The notes under the pieces were generated by a model that had not been told where the DNA came from, searched no databases, and saw only the letters and a list, made by a program, of their open reading frames with translations. The translations under genes and the position numbers were made by a program. This document shows, piece by piece, positions 45,380 through 54,399 of a stretch of 64,000 nt of DNA. Position 1 is the stretch's first letter. The number at the start of each line of letters is the position of its first letter. This DNA comes from Vicinamibacteria bacterium (lineage in GTDB: Bacteria > Acidobacteriota > Vicinamibacteria > Vicinamibacterales > JAENWD01), in assembly GCA_963764495.1 (NCBI GenBank), contig CAVXSR010000022.1, positions 171,501 to 235,500 of the forward strand, given 5' to 3'.

Positions 45380-48013
45380 ATGCCGCTCGTGACCGGCACC
45401 CGGCTCGGTCCCTACGAGATTCTCTCGCCGCTTGGCGCCGGGGGCATGGGCGAGGTCTACCGCGCGCGGGACTCGCGGCTCGGTCGCGACGTCGCGATCA
45501 AGATCGTCCCACCGTCTGTCGCCGACAACGCCGTCGCGCTCGGGCGTTTCGAGCGGGAGGCACGGGCCGTCGCCGCATTGTCGCATCCCAACATCCTCGC
45601 GATCTACGACTTCGGCCACAGCGGCCCTTCGACAGGCTCAGGGCAAGCTCCTTCGACAAGCTCAGGGCAGGGCGTGACATATGCGGTGATGGAGCTGCTC
45701 GAAGGGCAGACGCTGCGCGAGCGGCTCTCGTCGGGCGCACTGCCCGTGCGCAAGGCGCTCGACATCGCCGCCCAGATCGCGCGCGGCCTGGCTGCCGCGC
45801 ACGACAAGCAGATCGCACATCGCGATCTCAAGCCCGAGAACATCTTCATCACGACGAACGGCGCCGTGAAGATCCTCGACTTCGGCCTGGCGCGGCACAC
45901 CGGTCCGGCGTCGGCCGCTGTCACGCCGCCGGACTCGCCGACCATCGTGCCCGGCACCGAGCCGGGCGTCGTCCTGGGCACGGTGGGCTACATGGCGCCC
46001 GAGCAGGTACGCGGTGAGCCGAGCGATCACCACGCCGACACCTTCGCGCTCGGTAGCGTGCTCTACGAGATGCTCACCGGCCGTCGCGCCTACCAGCGCG
46101 ACACGCCGCCCGAGACGATGACCGCGATCCTGAAGGAGGACCCTCCGGATCCCTCATCTTCCGGCGTTGCCGTGCCGCCGGCGGTGCAGCGCATCATCCG
46201 GCGGTGCCTCGAGAAAAGGCCGGAAGAGCGTTTTCAGTCCACACGCGATCTCGCGTTCGCACTCGAGTCGGCGCTCGATTCGAGCAGTGCCTCAGGACAC
46301 GACGCCATCGCCGCCGTCCGACCCCCGCGTTGGCGAACGGTCCTGCCACTCTTCGTCGTTGGACTGCTCGTGGGCGGCGGGCTCGTCGCCCTCGGCCTGC
46401 GTCAACGCCCATCCGCCCAACCGCTCGGGTTCCCCATCTTCCAACGTCTGACCTTCGATCGCGGAACGATCCGCGATGCGCGCTTCACTCCTGACGGGCA
46501 GTCCGTGATCTACAGCGCCGCGTGGGAGGGGGATCCAATCCGCATCTTCATGACGAGAACGGATTCGCCGGAATCGGTGCGCCTGTCGCTGCCAGACGCG
46601 CGGCTGCTCTCGATCTCGCGCACGGGCGAGATGGCGGTCTCCCTCCATCACACGTTCGAAGGCTGGATGGGGTTTGGCACGTTGGCCCGATCGTCGGTCC
46701 TTGGCAGCGCGCCGCGTGTCCTGGCAGAGGACATCCGTGAGGCGGAATGGGGCCGCGACGGCGAGCTGGCCGTGGTCCGCCGTGCGAACGGCCTCGAGCA
46801 GCTCGAGTTTCCGATGGGCCACGTCGTCTACCGGACCTCCGGGTTCATCGGCGATATCCGCGTCTCACCATCCGGCGATCGCATCGTCTTCGCCGACCAC
46901 CCCTTGTTTGCCGATGATGCCGGCGGTGTGTCGATGGTGGATCGCGCGGGCACGCGCACCGTCCTGGCAGAGGGATTCATCCAGCTCCGCGGCGTGGCGT
47001 GGTCGCCGAACGGCGAGGAAGTGTGGTTCACCGGCACCCGTGCGGGGCAGGGGGACGTGCGCGACGCGATCTTTGCGGTGACGTTCGATGGCCGCCGCCG
47101 CGTCCTCTGGTCGGGCCCGATCTCTCTGAAGCTTTACGACGTCGCGCCTGATGGCCGTGCGCTCGTCGGCACCGAGATCGCCGAGCGCCGTGTCGACGCG
47201 CTGTTCCGCGGCGCCAGTAGCCCAGTGGACGCGTCGTTTCGCGTCGCATCGGTCAGCCAGTGGATGTCAGACGACGGATCTACCGTGGCGTTGGCCGATC
47301 AGGCCACGGAAAACTACTCCGCATACCTGATGAAGGCCGGTACGCCGCCGGTCAGGCTTGGCGACGGCCAACCGTACGGCATCTCGCGCGACGGGCGCTG
47401 GGCGTTGGCGCTTCCGGTGAGCGGCGCGCCCGTGCTGCTGCACCCGACGGGCGCCGGCTCGAGCCGACAGCTGCCGAACCCGCAGAAGCTCCTTTTCGAT
47501 ATCGCCGTGTGGCTACCGGACAGCCGCCGCGTCGTCATGTTCGGCCAGGTGCCTGGACAGCCGTCTCGCGGCTACGTCCAGGACATCGATGGCGGACCAC
47601 CCCGCCCGTTCACGAAGGAGGGATCGCGCGTCAGCCCGGTTAGCTGGTGGCGACTCCCGGTCTCGCCAGACAGCACGCGTGTGATCGCGCGAAACGATAA
47701 GGGGATCCCCACGATCTTCCACATCAGGAACGGCGATACCGAGCCGATCGCCGGCCTGCGCCCGGACGATCTGCCGGTGCAGTGGCTTGCCGACGGAAAC
47801 GCGATTCTTGTCGCCCGCGGCGGTGGCCTGCCGTGGATTGTCGAGCGCCTGGATCTCGCTACTGGACGCCGGACACCGGCCTACGAGGTTCGCGCCCGCG
47901 ATGCGGCGGGATTGCGCCTCAGCATCCTGGCGCCGTCAACGGATGGCAGCCACTGGGCCCACAGCTATTCGCGACTCCTCTCGGACCTCAACATCGTCAA
48001 GGGGCTCCGCTGA
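45380..48013 (+). CDS. Ser/Thr protein kinase with TM segment and TolB-like beta-propeller C-terminal region
   Basis: [53 protein letters not shown] and MAPEQ. TM segment [20 protein letters not shown]. Repeated FTPDGQSV / [10 protein letters not shown] / WSPNGEE blades. Confidence 0.9.
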   Translation: MPLVTGTRLGPYEILSPLGAGGMGEVYRARDSRLGRDVAIKIVPPSVADNAVALGRFEREARAVAALSHPNILAIYDFGHSGPSTGSGQAPSTSSGQGVTYAVMELLEGQTLRERLSSGALPVRKALDIAAQIARGLAAAHDKQIAHRDLKPENIFITTNGAVKILDFGLARHTGPASAAVTPPDSPTIVPGTEPGVVLGTVGYMAPEQVRGEPSDHHADTFALGSVLYEMLTGRRAYQRDTPPETMTAILKEDPPDPSSSGVAVPPAVQRIIRRCLEKRPEERFQSTRDLAFALESALDSSSASGHDAIAAVRPPRWRTVLPLFVVGLLVGGGLVALGLRQRPSAQPLGFPIFQRLTFDRGTIRDARFTPDGQSVIYSAAWEGDPIRIFMTRTDSPESVRLSLPDARLLSISRTGEMAVSLHHTFEGWMGFGTLARSSVLGSAPRVLAEDIREAEWGRDGELAVVRRANGLEQLEFPMGHVVYRTSGFIGDIRVSPSGDRIVFADHPLFADDAGGVSMVDRAGTRTVLAEGFIQLRGVAWSPNGEEVWFTGTRAGQGDVRDAIFAVTFDGRRRVLWSGPISLKLYDVAPDGRALVGTEIAERRVDALFRGASSPVDASFRVASVSQWMSDDGSTVALADQATENYSAYLMKAGTPPVRLGDGQPYGISRDGRWALALPVSGAPVLLHPTGAGSSRQLPNPQKLLFDIAVWLPDSRRVVMFGQVPGQPSRGYVQDIDGGPPRPFTKEGSRVSPVSWWRLPVSPDSTRVIARNDKGIPTIFHIRNGDTEPIAGLRPDDLPVQWLADGNAILVARGGGLPWIVERLDLATGRRTPAYEVRARDAAGLRLSILAPSTDGSHWAHSYSRLLSDLNIVKGLR
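45626..45673 (+). repeat. 2 x 24-nt tandem repeat, in-frame inside the kinase domain
   Basis: CCTTCGACAGGCTCAGGGCAAGCT / CCTTCGACAAGCTCAGGGCAGGGC encode [16 protein letters not shown] between kinase subdomains IV and V. Confidence 0.85.
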
Positions 48014-48073
48014 CGAATGGACGATGGACTGACCTCCGTTTGACTCGAGGCCGAGCCTGGTCCACGGTGCGCC

Positions 48074-48330
48074 ATGACGCCCGGGCGCGCGACCGAGCAC
48101 GAACTGCAGCCGACGATTGAGGAGCTCCACGCCCGCCATCAGCCCATGTCTGCCGGGCAGGTCGCCACCGCCGACGGCGCCGTCTTCGAGACCGGCGACC
48201 CCGAGCGGCCGTTCACGATCCAAACCGTCTCGAAGCCCTTCACCTTCGGGATGGCGGTGGAAGAGTTCGGCGCCGGCACGGTTGCGAAGTACGTCGGCGT
48301 CGAGCCGAGCGGTACTTCGTCCTTCGCATA
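48074..48330 (+). pseudogene. glutaminase N-terminal fragment
   Basis: ADGAVFETGDPERPFTIQTVSKPFTFGMAVEEFGAGTVAKYVGVEPSG matches the glutaminase A serine-lysine region (QS.SKPF). The reading frame then runs into repeat 48327-48356. About two thirds of the protein is missing. Confidence 0.6.
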
Positions 48331-48356
48331 CGTAGGCCCAAGCTTCAGCTTGGGTA
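48327..48356. repeat. single REP-like hairpin
   Basis: TACGTAGGCCCAAGC-TTCAG-CTTGGGT. Confidence 0.8.
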
Positions 48357-48414
48357 TGACGAGCGAGGCTCCCACGGGCGAAGTTTCGAGGCACTCCGAC
48401 AACGGGCCAGCGAC

Positions 48415-49011
48415 CTATTTGATTGCCGCGTATTCCGCGCGCGCGGCCTTGACTGAAGGTAAATCCGCGTCCGCGTCCTTCCACAGGGCCAGCAGATCCT
48501 GATACGCCTTTCGCGCCGTCGCGAGGTCGCCGCCCTTCGCCGCGGCGCGGGCCAGCCCGAGCTGCGCGAACGGCAGGAAGATGCCGCTGTCGGCGCGCGG
48601 CACGGCGATGATCCGTCGGAAGTCCGCAATTGCCGCCGCGGTTTCCCCGGTGGCGGCGCGGGCCATGCCCCGCACGTACTGGATGAAAGGCCGGCACGGG
48701 CACTCGTACGGCTCTGCGGGCGCCAGCGCGGCGAGCGCCTCCTCGGCGCGACCGCGCACGAGCGCAACGTAGGCGCGACGCGCCGGCAGGAAGATCTGCT
48801 GGCCGATCGTGTCGGTCGGTGGAAACTCCCGGCCGGCCCGGTCGATCAAGGCGTTGGCTTTGGCGAAGTCACCGGCACTTGCGAAGGCGTCCGCCGCGGA
48901 CCCGAGCACGAAGCGTTCTTCCGAGATGTCGAGCGCTTCATCGGCCAGCGGACGCGCTGCGGTGGCATTGCCGAACAGCGCTTCGGCGCGTGCGAGCAGC
49001 AGGAGCTGACC
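48415..49011 (-). pseudogene. TPR-repeat C-terminal fragment of a larger protein
   Basis: TPR-like helices and the ending LALWKDADADLPSVKAARAEYAAIK* are typical of the C-termini of large kinase/TPR proteins. The apparent N-terminus of ORF 48415..49071 is repeat sequence, not a real start. Confidence 0.5.
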
Positions 49012-49090
49012 GGCGGCTAAGCTCGGGCCTGCGTACGAGCGTGTTCCGCATCGTTCCGTACGCAGGCCCAAGCTTTAGCTTGGGTCTACT
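49012..49090. repeat. REPIN-like inverted doublet (left unit partial)
   Basis: GCTAAGCTCGGGCCTGCGTACG ... CGTACGCAGGCCCAAGC-TTTAG-CTTGGGTCTAC. Confidence 0.8.
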
Positions 49091-51258
49091 TCGCCGCGGT
49101 CGGCGACGACGTGACGGGAGAAGCGGTGCCCAGCCCGACGGCGTCGAGGATGAACGCGTACCTGAATGCCGCCTCGTGCAGCCGATCGTAGCGTCCCGAG
49201 CTGCCGCCATGGCCGCCGGCCATGTTGACCTTGAGATACAGCGGGTTCCGGTCGGTCTTCAACGCCCGCAGCTTCGCCACCCATTTCGCCGGCTCCCAGG
49301 TACATCACCTGCGAGTCGTTGAGCGACGTCGTCACGAGCATCGTGGGATAGGCCTTTTTCTCGACGTTGTCGTACGGCGAGTAGCTGCGCATGTACTCGA
49401 AGGCCTCGGCGCTCGCATTCGGGTTGCCCCACTGCTCCCATTCCTGCGCCGTGAGCGGCAATGACCCGTCGAGCATCGTGTTGATGACGTCGACGAACGG
49501 GACGTCGGCGACGATCACCTTGAAGAGATCGGGCCGCATGTTCGAGATCGCGCCCATCAGCAGGCCGCCGGCGCTGCCGCCGTTGGCGGCGAGCCGATCG
49601 CTCTTCGTGTAACCGTTCTTGACCAGGTACTCGGCGACGTCGATGAAGTCGTTGAACGTGTTCTTCTTCTTCATCATCTTCCCGTCGTCGTACCACTGGC
49701 GGCCCATCTCCTGGCCGCCGCGAACGTGGGCGATGGCGAACGTCATGCCGCGATCGACCAGGCTCAACACGTTCGAGTTGAAGGTCGCTTCCATCGTGAT
49801 GCCGTACGAGCCATAACCGTAGAGAAGGAGGGGGCTGGATCCGTCGAGCGGGGTGTCCTTCCTCATCAGGACCGAAACCGGCACCTGGATGCCGTCGCGC
49901 GCCGGCGCCATCCGCCGCTGCACCTGGTAGCGTGACGGATCGAAGCCGCTGGGAATCTCCTGCTGCTTCCTCAGCGATCGCTCGCCTGTGGTCACGTTGA
50001 AATCGAAGGTGGACGACGGCGTGATGAACGACGAGTAGGTGAAGCGATAGATGTCGGTCTTGAACTCCGGGTTCCCGGTCGGCCGGACACCGTACGACTC
50101 CTCCGGGAACGAGATATCCCGCGACTGCTGGCTGGCCAGGTCCACGACGCGGAGTCTTGGCAGCCCGTCGCGCCGCTCGACGACGACCGCGAATTTTTCG
50201 AAGACGTCCAGCCCCTCGACGAAGGCCTGTTCGCTGTGCGGAGACCAGTCTCCCCATTCAAGCTCGCCGTCGCGGTCCGCCGCCCGGACGATCTTGAAGT
50301 TGCGGGCGTTGTCGTTGGTCACCAGGTAGAAGTAATCGCCTCCGTGCTCCACCGAATATTCGACGTTCGGACGGCGCGGCGCGATGACCCGTGGGGCGGC
50401 CGTCGGATTCGCGGTCGGGATCGCCCGCCATTCTGACGACGTGAACCCGTCGTCCGCGATGAAGATGTACTTGTCGCTGCGCGAGCGGACGACGTCGACG
50501 TTGTAGAGGACGTTGTCTTCCTTGAACACCTGGACGTCCTGCGCGCTCGGTGTGCCGAGCACGTGACGCCAGACGGTATCGCCGCGTTTGGCCTTGTCGG
50601 GCGTCATGTAGAAGAACGTCTTGTTGTCGTCGGCCCAGGCTGCGCCGTTCCAGACGCCCTTGATCGATTCGAGGATCTTCCCGGAGGTCAGGTCCTTGAT
50701 GTAGAGCGTGTACTCGCGGAACGCGGTGAGGTCCTCGAGGTAGAGGACCTTCGTGCCGTCGGGGCTGACCTCGAGGCCGCCAAGTGCATGGAACTTCTGG
50801 CCCTGCGCCAGCACGTTCTGATCGAGATACACCTCTTCGGGCGCGTCAGGCGAGCCCTTCCGGCGGCAGAAGATTGGATAAGCTTTCCCCTTTTCCGTGC
50901 GCGTGTAATACCAGTAGCCGTCTTCCCAGACCGGCACCTGCTCGTCGGACTCCTTGACCCGTCCGAGCATCTCTTTGTACAGCGTGTCCTGCAGCGCCGC
51001 GAGGTGCCTTGTGCCGGCGGTCGTGTAGGCGTTCTCGGCGTCGAGGTACGCCTTGACGGCGGGCGAGTCCTTCTTGCGCAGCCAGGCGTAGTTGTCGGTC
51101 AAGGTAGCGCCCTGGATTGTCGTGGTCTTCGGGACTTTCTTCGCGATCGGCGGATTCGGCGGCGCCTCGCCCGCCAGGGCGATCGACACGAGAACGACAG
51201 CAGCGACTGTCAGACACGGACTACGAAGATGAGTGCGACTGAAGAGAGGACCTGCCAT
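49086..51258 (-). pseudogene. ptrB: oligopeptidase B-type S9A prolyl oligopeptidase, one frame change before the catalytic His
   Basis: ATG at 51258 (MAGPLFSR...) starts the propeller. The catalytic GGSAGGLL and SLNDSQV are in ORF 49075..51402. The expected ending WEPAKWVAKLRALKTDRNPLYLKVNMAGGHGGSSGRYD...* is in ORF 49086..49280. There is an extra C near 49296 (TACCTGGGA versus expected TACTGGGA). Confidence 0.85.
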
Positions 51259-51310
51259 GAGTGCCTCCAGGACTGACGTGCAGTCGACAATAATACGCCG
51301 GGAGGCGGGC

Positions 51311-52177
51311 GTGATTCGAAAGTGCAGCGTGTTGCCAGCAGTTTTCGCACTTGTTGCCGTCGGCGGCGACGGTTCTGCGGCGGTCGAGACGCACCAGCGC
51401 ATTTCGCTCTGGCCGAATGGCGCCCCGGGCTCCGAGGCCAGGCGGACGGAGCCTGAGGAATCGAAGGACTATTGGGTCAAGAACATTCACGACCCGTCCA
51501 TCGAGGTGTACCTCCCCCCGCCTGACAAGGCGACTGGCGCCGGCGTCGTCGTCGTCCCTGGCGGTGGCCATCGCCTCCTGGTGTTCAAGGCCGAAGGACA
51601 GGAGCCGGCCGAGTTCCTGCGTGGGTTTGGCGTCGCCGCCTTCGCGCTGAAGCACCGGCTCGCGCGTGAGGAGGGGTCCACGTACTCGATCGAGCGCGAC
51701 GCGAAGGCCGATGCCTACCGTGCGCTACGCCTGGTCCGCAGCCGCGCCCAGGAATGGCATCTCGATCCGAAGCGCATCGGCATCATGGGGTTCTCCGCTG
51801 GTGGCGAAGTGGTGGGGCTTGTCGCATACGGTGACGGCAACAGCGCCGCAGCCCGAGACGCCATCGATCGTGTCAACGGCCGGCCCGACTTCACCATTTT
51901 CATCTACCCGGGCCCACTGGCCGTGCCGCCGTCGATTCCAGCCACCGCGCCGCCGGCCTTTCTCCTGGCAGCGACGGACGATCCGTGCTGCGCCGCGCCG
52001 ACCGTGAAGCTGCTGCAGATGTATCGCGAGGCCGGCGTGACAGCGGAGGCGCACATCTTCGCGAAGGGCGGACATGGCTTCAACATGGGACAACGGTCGA
52101 CCCTGACGTCCGTGCACACCTGGCCGCAGCGCCTGGCGGATTGGCTGAAGGACAGCGGGATTCTGGGTCCGCAGTAG
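51311..52177 (+). CDS. alpha/beta-hydrolase (esterase/lipase-like), secreted
   Basis: GTG 51311 lies 5 nt after GGAGG. Contains VVVPGGGH, GFSAGG (nucleophile elbow) and GGHGF. The stop TAG lies inside a repeat flank. Confidence 0.8.
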   Translation: MIRKCSVLPAVFALVAVGGDGSAAVETHQRISLWPNGAPGSEARRTEPEESKDYWVKNIHDPSIEVYLPPPDKATGAGVVVVPGGGHRLLVFKAEGQEPAEFLRGFGVAAFALKHRLAREEGSTYSIERDAKADAYRALRLVRSRAQEWHLDPKRIGIMGFSAGGEVVGLVAYGDGNSAAARDAIDRVNGRPDFTIFIYPGPLAVPPSIPATAPPAFLLAATDDPCCAAPTVKLLQMYREAGVTAEAHIFAKGGHGFNMGQRSTLTSVHTWPQRLADWLKDSGILGPQ

Positions 52178-52258
52178 GCACGACTTCAGTGAGCTGCAGT
52201 AAGGCCCGACTTTAGTCGGGCCGTTGTTCGGCCGAACTAAAGTTCGGCCCTACTGCGG
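52171..52258. repeat. REP-like hairpin cluster (1 degenerate + 2 intact units)
   Basis: CAGTAGGCACGAC-TTCAG-TGAGCTGCAG, GGCCCGAC-TTTAG-TCGGGCC, GGCCGAAC-TAAAG-TTCGGCCCTACTG. Confidence 0.85.
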
Positions 52259-52294
52259 TATGCACTGAGGTCGAGCCGCTGCAGTTCCATCGCA

Positions 52295-52750
52295 CTATTT
52301 CGCAGGCGGCGGGCCGACGGGCACCGACGCGTGGTCCGCGACGTATAGCCACTTGCCGTCAATCTTTTTCGCGACCGCAGTCACTCGGACGGTCGCGGTC
52401 ATCGGCGCACCACCGGCCTTCGGCGTCATTGTCAGGGTCGCGGTTCCCCAGCCCGTAGAGAGATCCCCTGAGGTTTGATACGTTGAAGTGATGGAGGCGT
52501 TCGAAACGGTGTTGGCCGCGAACATCGCCGTGTAGAGGGCGCGAATCGCGGCAGTGCCGCGCGCCTCCATGGAGTCTGGCGCGTAGAGCACGGCGTCGGG
52601 CGCATAGAGCGCGACCAGCCCCTCCACGTCGCCGGCGTTGGCCGCTTTCGCCCACGCGTCATCGACGGTGTTGACGCCCTGGGCATGGGCCGGGACGGCG
52701 ACGAATCCAAGGATTACCAGGCCGACGATTGCGGTCAGGGCGCGAGACAT
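52295..52750 (-). CDS. SnoaL-like / NTF2-fold (DUF4440-like) secreted protein
   Basis: Start at MSRALTAIVGLVILGFVAVPAHA inside ORF 52295..52783. Small alpha+beta pattern with WLYVADHAS. Confidence 0.7.
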   Translation of the reverse strand: MSRALTAIVGLVILGFVAVPAHAQGVNTVDDAWAKAANAGDVEGLVALYAPDAVLYAPDSMEARGTAAIRALYTAMFAANTVSNASITSTYQTSGDLSTGWGTATLTMTPKAGGAPMTATVRVTAVAKKIDGKWLYVADHASVPVGPPPAK

Positions 52751-52874
52751 CTTCGGTCCTCCTGAAAGTGGGGGCACAAGCATAACCCCATCGGCCCATG
52801 AACATTCGCATTGCGAAAATCGTACTGACGAAGCTTCTCGGATGACCCAGCGTCATGCCAGCCGACCCTCGCGG

Positions 52875-52950
52875 TCAAGCTTTAGCTTGGGCGACGTCGT
52901 CGCAATCGGCGCGAGGATTTGCCCGAGCTGAAGCTCGGGCCTACGTACGA
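52875..52950. repeat. two REP-like units, tail-to-tail
   Basis: CAAGC-TTTAG-CTTGGGC (flank missing) ... GCCCGAGC-TGAAG-CTCGGGCCTACGTACG. Confidence 0.8.
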
Positions 52951-52999
52951 CCAGGGTGAGCCCGCACCCGAGCGTGTCAACGCTCTATAGTTGCGAGAC

Positions 53000-54379
53000 A
53001 TGCCTACGCTGACGTTCCTCGGCGCGGCGCGCACGGTGACCGGCTCGAAGCATCTCGTCGATACCGGCGCGCATCGCATCCTTGTCGACTGTGGCCTGTT
53101 TCAGGGCAGCTACGAGCTGCGTCGCCGGAACTGGCAGGATCTGCCGGTTCCGGCGAGCTCGATCGACGCCGTCGTCCTCACGCACGCCCACCTCGATCAC
53201 GTCGGCTACCTTCCGCGGCTCGCGGCGCAGGGGTTCAAGGGCCGTGTGTTCTGTACGCCCGGCACGTACGATCTCGCGCATGTCGTGCTGATCGACTCGG
53301 CGCACCTGCAGGAGGAAGACGCGCGGCAGGCCACCCGCGATCACTACTCGAAGCACGATCCGGCGCTGCCGCTGTACACGATCGCCGACGCCTGGAAGGC
53401 GCTGGCGCTGCTGCAGCCGGCTGGGTTTCATCGCGCCATGCCGGTCGTGCCCGGCGTCGAGATCTCGTTCACGCCGGTAGGACATCTCCTCGGTGCGGCG
53501 TCGGTCGTGATGACGCTCCGGGAGGCGGGCAGGACCATCGTGTTCGGCGGCGACCTCGGGCGCTATGACCGACCGGTGCTGCGTGACCCCGAGACGGTGA
53601 GGGAAGCGGATGTCCTCCTGGTCGAGTCGACTTACGGCGATCGGCTGCACGCGCCGGACGATCGGGGCGAACGCCTCGCGTCGGTCGTGTCCGAGACGTC
53701 CGACCGCGGCGGGAAGATCGTTATCCCCTCGTTTGCGATCGGGCGCGTCGAGGAAGTGCTCTACTGGCTGAAGCGGTTGGAGGACGAGAAGCGTATTCCG
53801 GTGATGCCGGTTTATGTGGACAGCCCGATGGCCGTGCAGGCATTGCAATTCTATGCACAACGTGTCGACGAACTCGACGAGGAGCTGCACGGACAGGGAC
53901 GGGCGCTGGCGGCGTTCATGACCCGCCGATTCGAGCTGGTGCCCTCGGCTGCACAGTCTTTCGATCTCGTTCGTTCGAATAAGCCGGCGATCATCGTTTC
54001 GTCGAGCGGCATGGCTACAGGCGGGCGCGTCCTCAATCATCTGGAGCGGCTGCTGCCAGACCCCCGTCACACGGTGCTGTTCGTCGGCTACCAGGCGGCG
54101 GGGACCCGCGGGCGTTCGCTCGTCGACGGCGTGAAACAGGTGAAGATGCACGGGCGGATCGTCGACGTGGCGGCCCGGATCGAGCGGATCGACTCGATGT
54201 CGGCCCACGCCGACCAGGGGGAGATCTTGCGGTGGCTGCAGGGGTTTCAGCGCCCACCCGCGATGACTTACGTGGTACACGGCGAACCCGGGCCCCAGGA
54301 CGTGCTGCAGGAAAAGATCCGGGCAATGCCGGGCTGGAAAACCCTGGCGCCGGAGTACGCTCAGACAGCAACGATCTGA
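53000..54379 (+). CDS. beta-CASP-family MBL-fold RNA/DNA-processing hydrolase
   Basis: ATG 53000 (MPTLTFLGAARTVTGS), HAHLDHVGYLP, ESTYGDR, SGMATGGRV, SAHAD. Confidence 0.9.
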   Translation: MPTLTFLGAARTVTGSKHLVDTGAHRILVDCGLFQGSYELRRRNWQDLPVPASSIDAVVLTHAHLDHVGYLPRLAAQGFKGRVFCTPGTYDLAHVVLIDSAHLQEEDARQATRDHYSKHDPALPLYTIADAWKALALLQPAGFHRAMPVVPGVEISFTPVGHLLGAASVVMTLREAGRTIVFGGDLGRYDRPVLRDPETVREADVLLVESTYGDRLHAPDDRGERLASVVSETSDRGGKIVIPSFAIGRVEEVLYWLKRLEDEKRIPVMPVYVDSPMAVQALQFYAQRVDELDEELHGQGRALAAFMTRRFELVPSAAQSFDLVRSNKPAIIVSSSGMATGGRVLNHLERLLPDPRHTVLFVGYQAAGTRGRSLVDGVKQVKMHGRIVDVAARIERIDSMSAHADQGEILRWLQGFQRPPAMTYVVHGEPGPQDVLQEKIRAMPGWKTLAPEYAQTATI

Positions 54380-54399
54380 GCGGGTCGCCGGGAGGGTTG

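Noticed and set aside
1663-51258. Programmed ribosomal frameshifting as an explanation for the frame changes
   Set aside because: I saw no slippery heptamers (X XXY YYZ) or downstream pseudoknot-like structures at the junctions. The affected genes are unrelated enzymes not known to use recoding, and several need two or three shifts.
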